Source: Candidatus Undinarchaeales archaeon
Lineage (GTDB): Archaea; SpSt-1190; JASMDC01
Direction of reading: 5' to 3'
NCBI GenBank assembly: GCA_030753015.1
Contig: JASMDC010000024.1
Location: 1 to 52,755, forward strand
DNA: 52,755 nucleotides
The notes beneath the pieces are model-generated. The model was not told where the DNA came from and made no database searches. It worked only from the letters and a program-made list of their open reading frames with translations. Of this stretch, positions 51,658-52,755 are shown one piece after another; position 1 is the first letter of the stretch, and every line of letters starts with the position of its first letter. The translations under genes and the position numbers were made by a program.

Positions 51658-52230
51658 GTGATGCGGGACGTGGACGCGCTCCTCGATGAGATGGACTCCT
51701 ATGAATGGGACGACGTCAAGGACTACTCGCATCCAGGATACGAGGCCGCGGCCCCTAAGCGGTTCAAGGAGGACATCGAAAGGTACGGCCTCGAGTTGAA
51801 CGGTTCGGTCCTCGACGTGTGCTCAGGACCGGTGTCCCTTGCCTCAGTGTACGACGACGTGGTGGCCACCGACGTAGATCCGAGCATGGTCAAGAACATG
51901 CGTGAGCACGGGATCCGGGCCATCATTGCTGACATGCGCGACCTGCCCTTCGATCCCGACTCCTTCGACTACGTTATGAGCTTTTGGCCGCCCATGGCCA
52001 TCTACGAGGACAAGTCCCAGGGTGTCGAGGACTTCATTGAGGATCTTTTCACCATCGCGCGCGATAAGGTGATCATCCAGTCGACACCCATGTCACGCTA
52101 CCTCCCAGAGCGGTTCAACGATTACCTTGAGTCCAGCGATGGGCGGATGATCGTGTACGACGTGGCCGCTTACAAGCAGGATATGGCAGCAGAAGAGATG
52201 CTGAACGACGTCTACGGTATGGTCGCCTGA
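51658..52230 (+). CDS. Class I SAM-dependent methyltransferase-like protein
   Basis: VLDVCSG, ATD, ADMRDLPFDPDSFD. Confidence 0.8.
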   Translation: MMRDVDALLDEMDSYEWDDVKDYSHPGYEAAAPKRFKEDIERYGLELNGSVLDVCSGPVSLASVYDDVVATDVDPSMVKNMREHGIRAIIADMRDLPFDPDSFDYVMSFWPPMAIYEDKSQGVEDFIEDLFTIARDKVIIQSTPMSRYLPERFNDYLESSDGRMIVYDVAAYKQDMAAEEMLNDVYGMVA

Positions 52231-52359
52231 ACGAGCTTGACACACCCTCGTCGTTGAGAGCACATTTCAACCACTTATTCCCTGGAAACCATGCATTTTT
52301 CAGAAATATTTATATTCGGGGACCGCCACAGAACCCGCGGGACGGACAGGGGTACAAGG

Positions 52360-52707
52360 ATGGTACCATTACTAAGAGCTAGGAGAGGATGTGGGGCCCT
52401 CCCCATCGATGAGGCGTTCTACGTCATCCTCATCCTGATCGTCGTGTTCGGTTACGAGCCCTTTGACGCTTTAATGCTCACCGGACGTATCGGCTACTGG
52501 ACCTTCGTGCTCATAGTCGCCCCTCTGGTCCTGTTCCTCCTCTTCTTCCTCTCCTACGACGGCGAGCCCATCGGTGGCGAGCGGGAGGAGTGGTGGGCAC
52601 CGTACGCAAGCCAGGTCAACCATCGCGTGGGGATCGAGCACCTCAACGCCATCAACTTCAGCGGTCAGGGCCACGATCACCATCAAGGCTGCTCGCACAA
52701 CCATTAG
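52360..52707 (+). CDS. Small two-TM protein with a His-rich C-terminus (start uncertain)
   Basis: Two hydrophobic helices, ends GHDHHQGCSHNH. Confidence 0.45.
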   Translation: MVPLLRARRGCGALPIDEAFYVILILIVVFGYEPFDALMLTGRIGYWTFVLIVAPLVLFLLFFLSYDGEPIGGEREEWWAPYASQVNHRVGIEHLNAINFSGQGHDHHQGCSHNH

Positions 52708-52755
52708 GGGACCGAATCCCGCGGACCCCAGGGAAACGTTTTTAAACCCGTTCCA

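Overview
GC-rich archaeal chromosomal window from an uncultured lineage. Evidence for archaea: TATA/BRE promoters about 20-30 nt before often leaderless starts, archaeal-type IleRS and CoaD, a class III signal-peptide pilin and a TFB-like cyclin protein. I cannot assign the taxon. Housekeeping content: cysK-cysE, regulator-iscS-sufS-MOSC with xdhC, ileS, a membrane PPase, grpE-dnaK-dnaJ, aroD, coaD and two PPIases. Accessory content: a heavy-metal locus ending in a truncated hgcA, several Cys-rich surface proteins and orphan hydrolases. The most notable signals are not in the ORF track. (1) Two tandem paralogous 45-aa peptide genes (45963-46276) sit behind a ~280-nt hairpin-dense leader containing a canonical-geometry kink-turn. 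(2) A box C/D sRNA candidate lies inside a ~214-nt folded element (18473-18686). (3) At least three abrupt half-gene junctions occur, two of them in-frame fusions of enzyme fragments to the same Cys-rich module; these could be real shuffling or assembly chimeras. No rRNA, tRNA, CRISPR array or transposase was seen. All calls come from reading motifs by eye; no searches were run.
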